From assembly GCF_004010195.1 (NCBI RefSeq), contig NC_057749.1, positions 7,673,936 to 7,737,935 of the forward strand: DNA of 64,000 nt. The letters are read 5' to 3'. Both the position numbers and the translations under genes were made by a program. The DNA comes from Chiloscyllium plagiosum. Its lineage: Eukaryota. Below, piece by piece: positions 13,106 through 25,904 of the stretch; position 1 is the first letter of the stretch; each line of letters starts with the position of its first letter. The notes under the pieces were generated by a model, which made no database searches, had not been told where the DNA came from, and saw nothing but the letters and a program-made list of their open reading frames with translations.

Positions 13106-14179
13106 CAAGCGTTTTTAATGTCTTGCCATTTGTCAGTTAATCTCGATATAACTTCTGGCGCAAAAATCCAGCCCATTGTGCTCTCCGTCGATGATATATG
13201 TTTTATCTTCAAAGTTTGAAATAGTTTATTTTTCGTTCAATGCACCTTCATTCCATTTGGCTTTAAGGTAGTCTTTTCCTTACAATCTATATCATCCTGC
13301 AGTCTATGGGAAAAAAAACGCCATTTCGAGTCTGACATATATAATACTTTCAGAACCTCTGTCTGTGCATCCCAATAGAAAAATTGCAAAGTCTAGAGTG
13401 AACTCATTAGCACAGAGCTGTGCCATCAATAGAATGACAGTTGTTTTGTGGGCAAAGAGAAATCTTTTCAAATCATAGGTATAAAAAGTGGTGAAAGTAT
13501 ATCTGGTGGAGCCTCATATTAGCTTTCAAAAAATGAGATGAGAAATCTATATCGTTCATCACCTCTATCATTTTATAAATGGAACATTGAATTGAGGTTC
13601 TGACTTTTTGCATTCTATCAAGGGAACTTGGAGAAATCACATCATCTTTGTCAACAGACAGTCTAATGAATTTCTGGCTCTGGGACTGTGTTGCATTTAA
13701 AATTCTAACGAGATGTCTCTCTGTATTTACATAACCCACCAGAATGATATTTCACAGATAATCTACAGAGACACTCTAAGCTGCAGATATTTTGGTGGCG
13801 TCTTTGATATACTTGTGAGTTTTGCTCGTGGCGGAAGTGTCTAAGATGGGAGAAATCTTGTGGAGATTAACGGGTAGCAATGAAGTGAAGACTGTGCTAA
13901 GTGCTGAAGTGATGGCACTGTACTCCTATGAATCTGTGTAACATTGCGGTTCCTTTATATAAATGTCTTTTCGCTGACTTCTGAAAATGTAGGTTTCACC
14001 TGGAGTCCACTGCACAGAAACAGGCCAGTTGATCGACTAATCCATGCTATACTTGCCACAGGCCTCATGCAGTCCATCCCATTTAACGCTAATCACCTGA
14101 CAACACATGGTGGGTCAGGGGATAACTTAGCATTCTCTCAAGTCTTACAGCAATGGCCACATCCAAAGCATCATTAGCC

Positions 14180-14500
14180 AATCTTTATTGGTCAGAGTAT
14201 TGAGTACAGGGGTTGGGAGATCATGTTGCGGCTGTGAGGGGACAGATATAAAGGAGACCTAAGGGGCAACATTTTCACACAGAGGGTGGTACAGGTATGG
14301 AATGAGCTGCCAGAGGATGTGGTGGCGGCTGGTACAATTGCAACATTTAAGAGGCATTTGGATGAGTATATGAATAGGAAGGGTTTGGAGGGATATGGGC
14401 CGGGTGCTGGCAGGTGGGACTAGATTGGGTTGGGATATCTGGTTGACATGGACGCGTTGGACCGAAGGGTCTGTTTCCATGCTGTACATCTCTATTACTT
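14180..14500 (+). mobile_element. CR1 (HER1-like) LINE 3' fragment
   Basis: ttcacacagagggtggt..ggaatgagctgccagagg...catttaagaggcatttggat and tail. Confidence 0.9.
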
Positions 14501-14704
14501 TACTAGATTTAGTAGTTGCTTTCCAAGCAGAATGGGGTAAATTCTTGAAGAGGCAATATTTGCGGGGGGGGGGGGGGGTCATGGCAGGGGATGTACCAAC
14601 AGAGACATGACGGTCCAAATGGCCTCCTTCATTACTGCAAGATTTACAAAGGGCTTTTTAGTTTCTCAGTCTGTATTTGGGAGAAAAGATGCCTTTACTG
14701 GGGA

Positions 14705-15080
14705 AAATTAAAAATCACACAACACCAGGTTATAGTTCAACAGGTTTATTTGGAAGTACTAGCTTTCAGAGAGCTGCTCCTTCAACAGGTAACTCGTGGG
14801 GCAGGCTCATAAGACACAGAATTTATAGCAAAAGATCATAGTGTCATGCAGCTGAAATGATATATTGAACAAACCTAGATGGTTGTTATGTTTTTTGTCT
14901 TTTAGAATGGAGTTGCAGGTATCAATTCTTAATATTTAAATCCCAGAACTTCTTTCAAGTCACATTCCTGAGATAATTTAAGGTTTTATAAATAAAAGGT
15001 GACATCTCAGCTCAGACAATGCATTGAATGTGTGAGATTTGCATCTGTCTGTATTTCAATCTTGAGCCTGTCTGGTTTTA
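14705..15080 (-). mobile_element. Penelope-like element family B 3' region
   Basis: First ~90 bp homologous to 9611-9695; degenerate hammerhead core on the minus strand. Confidence 0.7.
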
Positions 15081-15726
15081 CTGGGAATGGATTTTAACTT
15101 CTAACATTTGCATGTTTGAGAGAAGGGAACTTGTGTGAAGCCCCTGTTTAGCCCCACAGTTTTTGATGTCTTGCCTCTTTTCACCCTAGATGGCACTCTG
15201 CACTTTGACCATCTGCATTGCAAATTCAAAATTAAAACAAAATCTTTCAGTGTCTTCAGTAGTGATTAAAAGGCAAATTTTCTTTTAGTTCTAACATGAA
15301 TCTTTACGAAATCAACTGATCCACCAAGTCTGACTTGCACAGAGGCATTATCATCAGTTTTATTCCAACATCTTCTCCCATCCCCCACTGTGCAGAATCT
15401 CTTTACAAAGACAATAAACTTAGGGTGGGGTGGAAATCCAGGTACAGTAATACAGGGCAAAGTCTCAAAATACTTTCCGAATTCCCCTCCTGAGTGATCA
15501 ACGAACCCTGCTCATATTATCTCTCCAACTTCTTCTAAAGTTTCATCCCAAACAAAAGGCTTCCATTCTGCCTCTCTGACAATATCTTTAGCTGTCTCAG
15601 CCCTTCCTTCAGAACTTAGCCTTTGCTGTTCCCAGTTTCCTACTGGGAAGAAGCAGTGTTCTGCTTTATTCTATTTATGGCAATCCGTATTTCATAATTT
15701 CTGCTAGGCTGCTCGGTGACCATTTG

Positions 15727-15770
15727 GAGAGAGAGAAAAAGAGAGAGAAGAGAGTGTGTGTGTGTGTGTG
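15727..15770. repeat. (GA)n-(GT)n compound microsatellite
   Basis: Seen directly. Confidence 0.9.
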
Positions 15771-16249
15771 CACCACACAAATTCAACTTGGTGGCTTTAC
15801 AGCAAAGCTGAATGCTGCCTTTGGTGCTTAATGCTGGAACTAAAAGGTATTCTGTGATCATTATTGAACCGAGCGCAAGTGTATAATTATGTTCGAATAG
15901 TAACCCTTATTTACAACAAGGACGTTGATTGAAAATGCAGCTTTTTCCATGGCTTACACGTTAAAGAGCCTCTCAGCAATAATTAGCTGAGCAGTGCGAG
16001 ATAATTTAAAAGAACAGAAAGTGCTGGAAATCTAGCAGCATCTGAAGGGAGAAGTGGGGGAGAGAGAGAGAAGGGGAATGAGTTTCAACTCTAGGGATGT
16101 TGATCAAGAGTCATGTCTGTTTCAGCATTTGCTCGGTTTCTGTCTCCCTGGACCCTGTAGGATCTGCTGAGTGCTTTTATTCCAGATTGCAAACACCTGC
16201 AGTTCTGTTGCTTTTACTTCGTGATTTGATGCTGGTTATGAAACGAGCC

Positions 16250-16755
16250 ACAAAGGAACAGGAGTAGGCCATTCAGCCCCTCGAGCCTTTTCCACCTTCC
16301 AGTGAGTTTATTGCTGATCTTTGGCCTAACTCCATACCCCTGTCTCTGGCCCATTTCTCTTAATACCGTTGCTTATCAACATTTATTTATCTCTGGTTTA
16401 AAATTAATAACTGATCCAGCGTCTATGACCCTTTGTGTGTGGAAGTGCCTTCTAACAACTCTCTTGAATAGTCTGGCCATAATTCTCAGACTATGCCCAT
16501 GTAGTTCTAGTCTCCATTTGACCCATTGAGTCTGCATTGATTCTCTGAAGAGCATCCTACCTCAGCACCTCCCTCCCCCAACCCCACATTTTACCAGGTT
16601 CAATCCACCCGATCTACACATCTTTGGACCTTGGGAGAAAACTGGAGCACCCAGAGGAAAACCAAGCAGACACAGGGAGAATGTGCAAACTCCACACAGA
16701 TCGCCCAAGGCTGGAATTGCCGCTGTGTTGCAGTAATGCTAACCACTGTGCTCCC
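16250..16755 (-). mobile_element. CR1 tail fragment followed by HE1-type SINE (~16525-16755)
   Basis: aggagtaggccattcagcccctcgagcc tail; gagaatgtgcaaactccacacaga V-domain. Confidence 0.75.
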
Positions 16756-17849
16756 CTCCTATTTATAGAGTCTGAACCAATTCAACCTGCAGCTCCCAGT
16801 ACAGTGGGGCCTGATGGGTTGCTCTTTCTCCATCCCTCCTGCTGCTTTCTCCGAATCAGTTTTGTCTGGTACTGACCTGCATACAGATTTCAAATCTCGT
16901 CATGAAAACATGACGCCAAAAATGCAGTGGAATCTGAACACCTGCATAAATTGGCAATGTGTTAAATTTGTCATGTATTTCTCAACTGAGCACTAACATC
17001 TCGTTCCAACATACAGGTGAGATTAGCCCATTGCAAGGCCACCTTTCTCTCAGTCAGCTCCTTGACATGCTCACTGCTACCACTAGATGGGGCAGGATAA
17101 GTCCTTACCTGCATCGTCAGTATCACTGTCAGTCTCCGAGTGAATTAAAATCGTTCTGCAGTACAGTGGGCAGTGCCTCAGAAGAGCTGTTAATATTTTC
17201 AAAGATGTGATAATCCCCTATTTGTTTTAAGAACAGGATTAAATAATCAATCTGTTTATCTGACATCTGGTCCTGGATAAGTGGAAATACTTTCCAATTA
17301 AATGTTGAGCAAAGGGTTTCTTGATCTCCTCGCCATACTGTGTTTGAAGAGTCAGTTCTTGGGATCTTAAGAGGTTCAGGTCAGGTTTCACTGGAGTGGT
17401 TAAGTTATGCTTCTTGTTAGTGTATTGGATGTTAGAGCTCTGAGCAGGGCAGGATCCAACAATGTTACGGAACAGTAACACGAGATGACTAAGGTCATCG
17501 CGAAATCATAGCTTTCCTAAAAAGGATCATCTATATATTCCAGTTTGCAAGTTTCTGGGGGTAAAGGGATCAAAGAGTATGGGGAGAAAGTGGGAATAGG
17601 GCACTGTGTTGGATGATGAGCCTTGTGCATATTGAATGGCGGAGTAGGCTCGAAGGGCCAAATGGCATACTCCTATTTTCTATGTTTCATGATGCCCTTT
17701 AACTGTACTCTGCACCCTCGCTCCTGATTCCATCCTGACTTTGCCAGTGATGGCCATGTCCCGCGATCAAGTTTTGAAGAAGCAGCCATTTCATGTCCTC
17801 CAAAGCTCTTGTCAATCAGTGAATGCTTTTTGAAGAATACTTACTATGT

Positions 17850-18330
17850 GGAGACTGAACTGGAGCAGCCATATAAAAACTGTGGCTACGAGAGCTGGCA
17901 ATCCTGCAGCAAGTAACTCGCCTCCTGATTCAGCAATACGCGTCTACAAGGCACAAGTCAGGAGTGTGATGGAATACTCTCCACTTGCCTGGATAGGTGC
18001 AACTCCCACAACACTCAAGAAGTTCAAAACCGTCCAGGACAAAGCAGCCGTCTTGATTGGAAGCTCATCAACTGGCATTCACTCCATTCATCACTGACAC
18101 TCAGTAACAATAGAAATTCCTCGATGCTCCTTTAAACAGCATCTCGTAAATCCACAACTGCTACCACCTAGCAAGGCAAGGGCAGCAGATATAGGGAAAT
18201 AACCCCAGCACCTAATAAAGTGTGAGACTAGCAAATACTTGGGACCATCGACTCCAACTTCTGTTCCCAGCTGAAAACCATCCTGACATTGCTGTTTGTT
18301 CATTGCCATTGGAACACCACACTCAGCAAC
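17850..18330 (+). mobile_element. CR1/L2-group LINE family 2 ORF2 remnant
   Basis: LNWSSHIKTVATRAG...YKAQVRSVMEYSPLAW...QDKAAVLIG...HSIHH (ORF 17846-18097). Confidence 0.8.
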
Positions 18331-18347
18331 ACTATGAGTGAACCATA

Positions 18348-18685
18348 TGGCACAGTGGCTCAGTGATTAGCACTGCGGCCTCACAATGCTAGGGATCCAG
18401 TTTTGATTCCAGCCTTGAGTGGCTGTCTGTGTGGAGTTTGTACATTCTCCCCGTGTCAGCTGAGTTGTCCAATTTCCTTTCACAGTCCAAAGATGCGCAG
18501 GTTAGGTGGATTGGTCATGCTGAACTGCCCCTGGTGTCCAAGGATGTGTAGGCTAGGTGGATTAACCATGGAGAGTACAGGGTCACAGGAATGGGGTGGG
18601 TCTGGGTGGGATGCTCTTTGTAGGGTCAGTGTAGGCTTGCTGGGGCTGAATGACCACGTTCTGCACTGTCGGGATTCTATGAACT
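18348..18685 (+). mobile_element. HE1-type SINE
   Basis: Head, V-domain and gggattctatga tail. Confidence 0.85.
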
Positions 18686-19519
18686 TTCACTACAGGGACT
18701 CTATTAATTGAAGAGGATCTTTCATCGCCACCTTTCTTGAGGGGAGTTACTCGGGATGGGCATTAAATTCTGGCTTTTCTGGAAATGACTACATCCCAGA
18801 ATGAACCGTTGTTTAAATTCTTGCAGCATAAAACTTCATTGTAACTTAATTTCTCACTGCATCGGTTTTCTCATTCCCTTTCAGATCACTGGGGAAGCAA
18901 CACAGATGAAAATTTTCACTTTCCTGCATGCCTTTAGCCCTCTGTTGCAATCTAAGATTGAGGAGGGTCACTGGCTTTAATCTTGGCTCAAAACGCAAGA
19001 ATAAAAATGTCAGATTTCAATTGCACCAGTTTAGGTTAATCTGCTACCTCCCAGGTTTGGCCAAAATCCATTCAGATGTACTTCTCCCTCTTAAAGAAAA
19101 CACCCAAAAGCAATAAGTGACATTATTGTAATCATTAAGAATCATTAAAAAAAAATTGGTGTGTTGAGGCTGGTGTGTTTGCGTAAAATGCAGCAATAGG
19201 AAAGCCAAGTTTAGTTCTCACCTTAAGTTGCTCCCAACAAATCTATATGATTGAAGGAGATAGCTGAGCTACTTCATTGATCTCCCCAGAATAGGGGGCC
19301 CACATCAGCAGTAGAACCTGGCGTGGAATATCTCACGCAAATCAAAACTGACACACACAGTGGTCTTGGCTGCCCCTACTAATATATCATCTCACACTCC
19401 GCTTTTAATTTCTTTCTGAAATATATATATTCTGATCAAGTCTCCAGATTGTGAAGAAAACATGAATGGATTAGTTCTCTGAGGGACAACTAACACCCTG
19501 ATGCAGAGCTTGTTCATGA

Positions 19520-19850
19520 GTTGTGGACATCACCGGCTGGGCCAGCATTTATTTCTCATCCCTAATTGCCCAGAGGGCAGTTAATAGTCAACCACATTGC
19601 TGTGGGTTTGGAGTCATATGTAGGCCAGACCAGGTAGGCACAGCTGAGTTGCTTCCCCAAAGGCCATTAGTGAACCTGATAGGTTTTCTGACAATCAGCA
19701 ATGGATCCATGGTCATCATTAGACTCTTCATTCCAGATGCTTTCTTGAATTCAAACTCCATCATCTGCCATGGTCAGATTTGACTAAGGTCCCCAGAATG
19801 CTACCTGGGTCACTGGATTAATAATTGAATGGTAATACCACTTGGACCTT
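19520..19850 (-). mobile_element. tRNA-related SINE (family 2) with LINE-family-2 tail
   Basis: Reverse complement ends gggcaattagggatg.g.aataaatgctggcc; copies at ~26420-26590, 26890-27490, 53075-53230. Confidence 0.7.
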
Positions 19851-21254
19851 GCCTACCCTTAAGTTGCTTACTCTGTTTGAAAGTGATCCTGGAGGTTACA
19901 TCAAATAACCCCTCTCTCCCACACCCTCCCACCACCCTCCCAAACAACCAACTGATACAAACCTCTCAATCACTGTCCATCTCTGATATTTTGTTCAATA
20001 TTAAAGTAAAGGGAAACATTTTTCTGAATGTCACAATGATTTTCTTCTTGGTTTACTTGACCCAGTGACCAAAAATAAAAGGTTCTTTTGTTTCTGAAAC
20101 TCTAGGATGAACTGAGGGGTCTGGCAAATGTGTCCTGGTGACAAATGTACAATATTTTGCAACTCAAGTCCCAAAATGGGAGTTGGGACATTCAAGTAGG
20201 GTCATGAACTAAAATATTGGTGGACAGAAATCCAGAGATGGGCTAGCCACCTTTTAGTTCCGCCACCCCAGGAAATCTGAGACAAATACAGGAGAGTTCT
20301 GATGAACAGTCAAAATGTTAACTCGCTGATTTTTCTCTCTACAGATGCTGTCAGACCTGTTGAGTTTCCAAAGCCTTCTATATGTTTTTTCCTCATTGCT
20401 CTCCCCATCCATTCCTCCGGTCCTGTGCTCTCATACAGAGGGGTTGTGATGACAATCAAGCCTCAAAATGGAATAGTGGTGGGAAAAGATTTGTGAGTCT
20501 TCCATGAGTGTAATCTGTCAGTAATAGGATTGACCCTCTATTCATTAATGTATGAAGTTTAAAGCTTTGAAGCTCCAATGCCCAGAATTCGATTCCAATG
20601 GGCACTATGAAGTAAGTTTACATTCAAAGATTATTTCCTGAGACAGTCGTAGATCTGTGGTAAATGAATCCCAAGCCAAATGGTGAAACATGAAGCTAAA
20701 CACAAGTTTTTTTCTTAATAGTCACTCTTTTTACTGCATGTAACATTATATAAATCTGTTTCCTAATCAACAACCCAGCATCCTAAAAGTCACTCTCATT
20801 TTTTTCTTATCTTAGACAAAACTGAGTACTTTTGTCTTCTATCACCAAATCAAGTAAGAAGATTTCACCAAGATTTGAACTCTGATTGTTGGATTCAGCA
20901 TTCAGAGTGCTGTGGATTAAACCAGGTTAACCCACCAGTCTCTCTCTGTCTATATTATTTTATAGACCCGTGAAATCCAATGCACTAATTCAATTTGAGT
21001 AACTAATCCTTAAAGTCTACTGTAATGATGGTCAAGTAATCATTGGAAAATAAGACTTTAAATTGTCATTTCCAGACCTGGTAATGCTCTCCGGCCCCCA
21101 CAGTACCCTCTGGTCACTGGCAGTCTCTCTTTATAAGTGCCCTAGGTACTCAATTAAACATTGGCATTCACCTGTCCATTGAAACATGGTAATTAACAAA
21201 CAGAAGTAGATCAATATGTGATGATTGGAGGGGTAGCGGGGTGTGAAAAATACT

Positions 21255-21391
21255 GGACTGCTGGTGATATCAATAGCATGGGTTCAATTCCTGAGCAAGC
21301 TGAGGTTAGTTTTAAAGGACTATTCTGCTCAGGTTTATCCCTTCCCTGAGGTATGATGACCCTCAGGTTAAATCAACATGCGTTCTCTACT

Positions 21392-21422
<31 letters not shown>

Positions 21423-21465
21423 AACGAGAGAACAGTCTTATGATCTGGATAAACTATGGTGACTA
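21255..21465 (+). mobile_element. tRNA-related SINE (family 3) with internal (CT)n
   Basis: gggttcaattcctg...ctgaggtta...gaccctcaggttaaa...ctctctaa.gagag; copies at 24600-24810, 26660-26875, 36865-37665, 43835-43990, 60350-60860. Confidence 0.7.
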
Positions 21466-21979
21466 CGATAGGCTAATTGAATTCAAATTTCACTGTCTGC
21501 CAGAATTGGATTTGAACCCACTTCCCCAGAAAATTAACCCAGGCTTTTGGATTACTAGGCCAGTGACATTGCTGCAGCAACAACAACTTATCATTTATAG
21601 AGTGCCTTTAACATCATGAAAACTCCACAAGTCCATTATAAAATAAAGGATGGCAGCGAGTCACATTAACAGATATTGGCTCAGGTGACCCAAACGAGTT
21701 AGAGTTTAAGTCTTCATAGAAGTAAGTTAGGGAGATGGAGAGAAACAGGGTGGAAATTTCCAAGCATTGGAGTTAGAAATAAAGGAATGGTCACTCATGG
21801 TTGAAGTGATTCTGAGTGGAAGTGCACAAGACACCAGAATGAAAGGAATGCACCTATCCGAGGTTTTGGGGGAGCTGGAGGAGATTATAGAGATAAAAAG
21901 GAGCATGAGATCTGAAAACAGGAAAGAGAATTTTCACATCAGATGTTACTTGACTAGGAACCAAAAAACTGACTCAGAA

Positions 21980-22110
21980 CAATTCTGAGGAAGGGTCACT
22001 CAATTGTAATGTTAACTCTGATTTCTCTCCACAGATGCTGCCAGACCTGAATTTTTTCCAGCAATTTCTGTTGTAGTTTCTGATTTACAGCATCTGCAGT
22101 TTCTTCGATT
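21980..22110 (+). mobile_element. Old Penelope-like 3' end (family C)
   Basis: ttctgaggaagggtcact...ctctccacagatgctgccagacctg...cagcatctgcag; related remnants at ~16010-16210, 20295-20390, 49905-50010, 55720-55775. Confidence 0.55.
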
Positions 22111-23744
22111 GCTATTTAGCCAAAGTAGTTGTTGTGCACAGGAGTGATAGGGGAATGGGATTGCTGTAAGTAAGCAGGCTGAATCTACTGTGTTACTAGC
22201 TCACAGTTCCCATAATTTTGACTTCAGTGTCCTTGCACTGATATCTGCACTGAATGGTGAGAATATTAGTGAACAGTTACACAACAAGACTTAAATGAGA
22301 AGTTTTATTCCTTTCAGCTTGCACTCCCTAATATTAAAATCTCCAACTACCATCTCTGGACAGTATTTCTTTTTCCCTGTTGACTTAAATTGGCTGGTTT
22401 CGAAACCATCAAATAGACATTTATGTTCTGTCCTTCTCTGTCAAATAAGCTTCTTCTGTTATCAGGAATTCCTGTGGAAATATTTAGCGTTTGCTGTTCA
22501 CAAAAAGAAAAATTTCTCTGTAGTTTTTAATTGCAATGAAAAGATTTTGAAATTTTAAAACCATTTGTTAGCATCATCTTAATTACATCTTGCTAGCAGG
22601 TGGAAAAAGTGCATTCTGATATTGGATTGTAGTGTGTAATTAAGCTTCGAAATAATTAGGAAGGATGGGCAGGATTGAAATGTAAAAGCACGCGTTCAGT
22701 TATTGAACAGCAGATCTGCCTCTCCTTTTCGTACTGAACCTAAGTGTTTGCTGTTGGGAATTGTTATTAGTCTCATCCTGTGTTGGAACCACAGCTGCCT
22801 TTTGCTTCTTGCTGTGGACAGACCTGCAGTCTTATCCAGCCATCTTCACAATCTGGGCCTTGTTCAACGACATCTCTGCAGGAATGGCAGTCTAAAATCA
22901 TGACCTCCGAACAACTGTGTTTGCTTTGAACTCAAAATAGGGCAAAGTTGGAACATCCGACAGCTCCCAGCTCTCATTTAGTGTGAACGCACTGGCAACT
23001 GAGAATATCTGGGTTAAACACATTGAAGCCAGCGCCTTGCAGTAACTTCTTAAAAATAATTTTCATAGGATGTGAGCACCATTCCCAAGACTAGCATTGT
23101 GTTGCTCGTCCCTAATTAAGAAGTTGGTGGCACTTGATTGGTCCAAATTAGCATTACGAGCACTTTTAGTTCCATGTCAGTTTCTTGTCTCATGCCAAAG
23201 AGCACACCTCTGACAGTACAGCACTCCCTCACTGCTGTGCGACAGTGTCTGTCTCAATTCCTTGCTCTCATCTCTGTTATGTGACAAAGCAGAACAATGG
23301 AGCCCAGCAGAAGAAATAACTTGCAGAAAGTTCAGATTGATAAGAGGATTTTCTAAAGACATCCATGTCATAAATTATAATTCGCAGCAGGAGAAGATTT
23401 ACTTCATTCTGTTACAGCTACAGTAACCTCCACCATCTCCGTCCTAGTGGATTAGTGCAGTATTGATCCAAATGGACAGCAAACTCATTATTCTTTGACT
23501 TCTATTGATGTAAAGACAATTGGGTTCAGGTAGATCACATTTTTGTTACTCTCCATATATCTTTAACCAATCATGTGCCTCCCTAAGTTTGCACGTGGCA
23601 AATAAATTCATACCCATGTCAAACAAAATCCTTTATTGTATTATCTCTCATATCTGGCTCCACTCTTTTGTTTTATTGCAGGAAGTGAATGAAGAATTGT
23701 AGCATCGTGTTTCTTGTTACTTTAGATAAGCTGTCAATGTAAAA

Positions 23745-23978
23745 CATTCTCTGTATCTATCTATATTTGTGTCTCGTGTCTCTTCTCTAAACACTCTCTC
23801 TTTATTTCTCCCCTCTCTGCTCTGTCTCTCTTCTTCTGTTCTCTCTCTCTCCCATTCATCCTCTCTATTTCTCTCTTCTCCACTTTCTTCTGTCCGCTCT
23901 CTTTTTGTCATTTTCTCTGTCATGCTTTCTCGTCTCTCCCTCTCTTTCCATTTCTCTCCTTTCTCCTCACTCTCTCTG
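23745..23978. repeat. Long CT-rich polypyrimidine low-complexity tract
   Basis: Seen directly. Confidence 0.9.
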
Positions 23979-24043
23979 GGATAGAGTCATGGGGGTTCAA
24001 GAATTTATTTTTATTTGCAGAATGCTCTTTTTGTGTTTCACAG

Positions 24044-24167
24044 GGTTTTGACTGAGTCACCGACACCCAAGTTGTGTAAGCAAATACGGCAGGCATTTGG
24101 AGCACCGCAAGATGAAGTACAAAATATAAATGACTCACGATTCTGCATTTGGTGCTGTTGGTTAAGG
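24044..24167 (+). other. Candidate internal exon (124 nt), product unknown
   Basis: tctttttgtgtttcacAG|GG acceptor and AGG|GTGAGT donor; one frame open throughout. Confidence 0.3.
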
Positions 24168-24299
24168 GTGAGTGCTTGTTCCTAATCATGGCTAACAGCC
24201 AAGTAAAATGACCCCTGAACCTCAAGAGAGAGACCAGCTTGAATGTCCAATCTGAAGCACTGTGCCCTTGACAGTGCAGGTCTTGCTTGGTGGTTATTT

Positions 24300-24598
24300 G
24301 ATTTGATTAGATTACTTACAGTGTGGAAACAGGCCCTTCGGCCCAACCAGTCCATATCGACCCTCCGAAGAGTAACCCACCCAGACCCATTCCCTCTGAC
24401 TAATGCACCTAACACTGTGGGCAATTTAACATGGCTAATTCACCTGACCTGCAAATCTTTGGACTGTGGGAGGAAACCTACGCAGACACGGGGAAAATGT
24501 GCAAACTCCACACAGACAGTCCCCCAAGGCTAGAATCGAACCTGGCACCCTGGTGCTTTGAAGCAGCAGTGCTAACCACAGAGCCACCATGCCACCCA
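24300..24598 (-). mobile_element. HE1-type SINE, full length
   Basis: Reverse complement has head gggtggcatggtggct, V-domain and (aatct) end. Confidence 0.9.
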
Positions 24599-24910
24599 AT
24601 TGTTGTTAGTTGACAGAATGACTGGTATGTGACGCCAACAGCGTGAGTTCAGTTCTTGTACCAGCTGAGGTTACCACCAGGTGCCACATTCTCATGCTTT
24701 CCTGTTGACCCTTGGGTTAAGCTATCAGCAGTTGTCTCTCTCTCTCTCTCTCGCTTTCTCTCTAATGAGAGAGCAGCCCTATGGTCTGGTAAAACCATAG
24801 CAAATTTATCTTGTACTTTTTCTGCCCATGTGAGCATAATGTGGTCAGGAGTATCCCAATTTGATATTGGGTCACCGTGTGCCATCTCTGTGTGCCCATT
24901 GGTTACAGAG

Positions 24911-25119
24911 CTGAAAATGTGTTGCTGGAACAGCGCAGCAGGTCAGGCAGCATCCAGGGAACAGGAGAATCGACGTTTCGGGCATAAGCACTTCTTCAGG
25001 AAGGCTTATGCCTGAAACGTCGATTCTCCTGTTCCCTGGATGCTGCCTGACCTGCTGCGCTGTTCCAGCAACACATTTTCAGCTCTGATCTCCAGCATCT
25101 GCAGACCTCACTTTCTCCT
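24911..25119 (+). mobile_element. Fold-back Penelope-like mini-element (family A)
   Basis: Near-perfect inverted arms, unpaired 3' tail; 14-bp TSD cattggttacagag at 24897-24910 and 25120-25133; hammerhead core on the minus strand ~24968-25003. Confidence 0.9.
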
Positions 25120-25173
25120 CATTGGTTACAGAGACAATCCTGTGCAGACCATTTAACATTCTCTGTAACATTT

Positions 25174-25473
25174 AACGTTACCATTCAACATTCTCTGTCC
25201 AGTGGGTATCTGATTGCTTAAATGCAATCAAGTGACTTAGCCCCCATCACTCCTTTCCCCACCAGATGTCTTTCCTACCCTCTGCTTCCATGCTGTATGA
25301 CTCTATGCCATGTGACTCCGATGTTAGTTAAAGGACAGCCGTGCTGCCTTCATGCCAGGGTCTTTGCTGTCAGCACTGCAGGGAAGGAAAGGCATCTGGT
25401 GGGGCACTAAGTCACTTGATTGCATTTAAGCAATCAGATACCCACTGGACAGAGAATGTTGAATGGTAACGTT
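25174..25473. repeat. Inverted repeat: perfect 67-bp outer arms plus imperfect 25-bp inner arms
   Basis: 25174-25240 is the exact reverse complement of 25407-25473; 25257-25281 vs 25380-25404 match 23/25. Confidence 0.95.
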
Positions 25474-25904
25474 CAATGCTGTGTTGGATGAGGTTGTGTT
25501 AACTGATGCTGCAGTTGGACTCAATAACACAAGGTATTCAAGACCTTCAAGTGCTGTACCTGCTTGAGTTGCCCATTCCATGAGCACCCTGGTCTACTGC
25601 TTAAAGATGAAAGGGATGAACCTATGTCAACTCACTGAAGCTCAAATACTTCTGTGGAGGAGGTAAGAGAAACAGAGATGAAAATGCTGCCATAAAAGTA
25701 ACACCTGCCATGATTGCAGCGCTCTTTGTGGGAGCTTGCTGTGCACAAAGCTATCTGCCATGTTTCCTGCATTACAGCAATAACCACACCCCTAAAAGGT
25801 TTCCTTCTCTCAGGCAATCCCTTGGGATCAAGGATAGCTTCCTTCCATTCTGATGTTGGGATTCCTGAGTCGATTTAAACAGGTTAATGTTAGATTCATA
25901 CATA

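Noticed and set aside
17108..17190. Minus-strand donor CAG|GTAAGG with a short open frame (..SETDSDTDDA)
   Set aside because: No convincing polypyrimidine acceptor and no recognisable protein.
23717..23984. E/R-rich and S/L-rich ORFs
   Set aside because: Translations of the CT-rich low-complexity tract.
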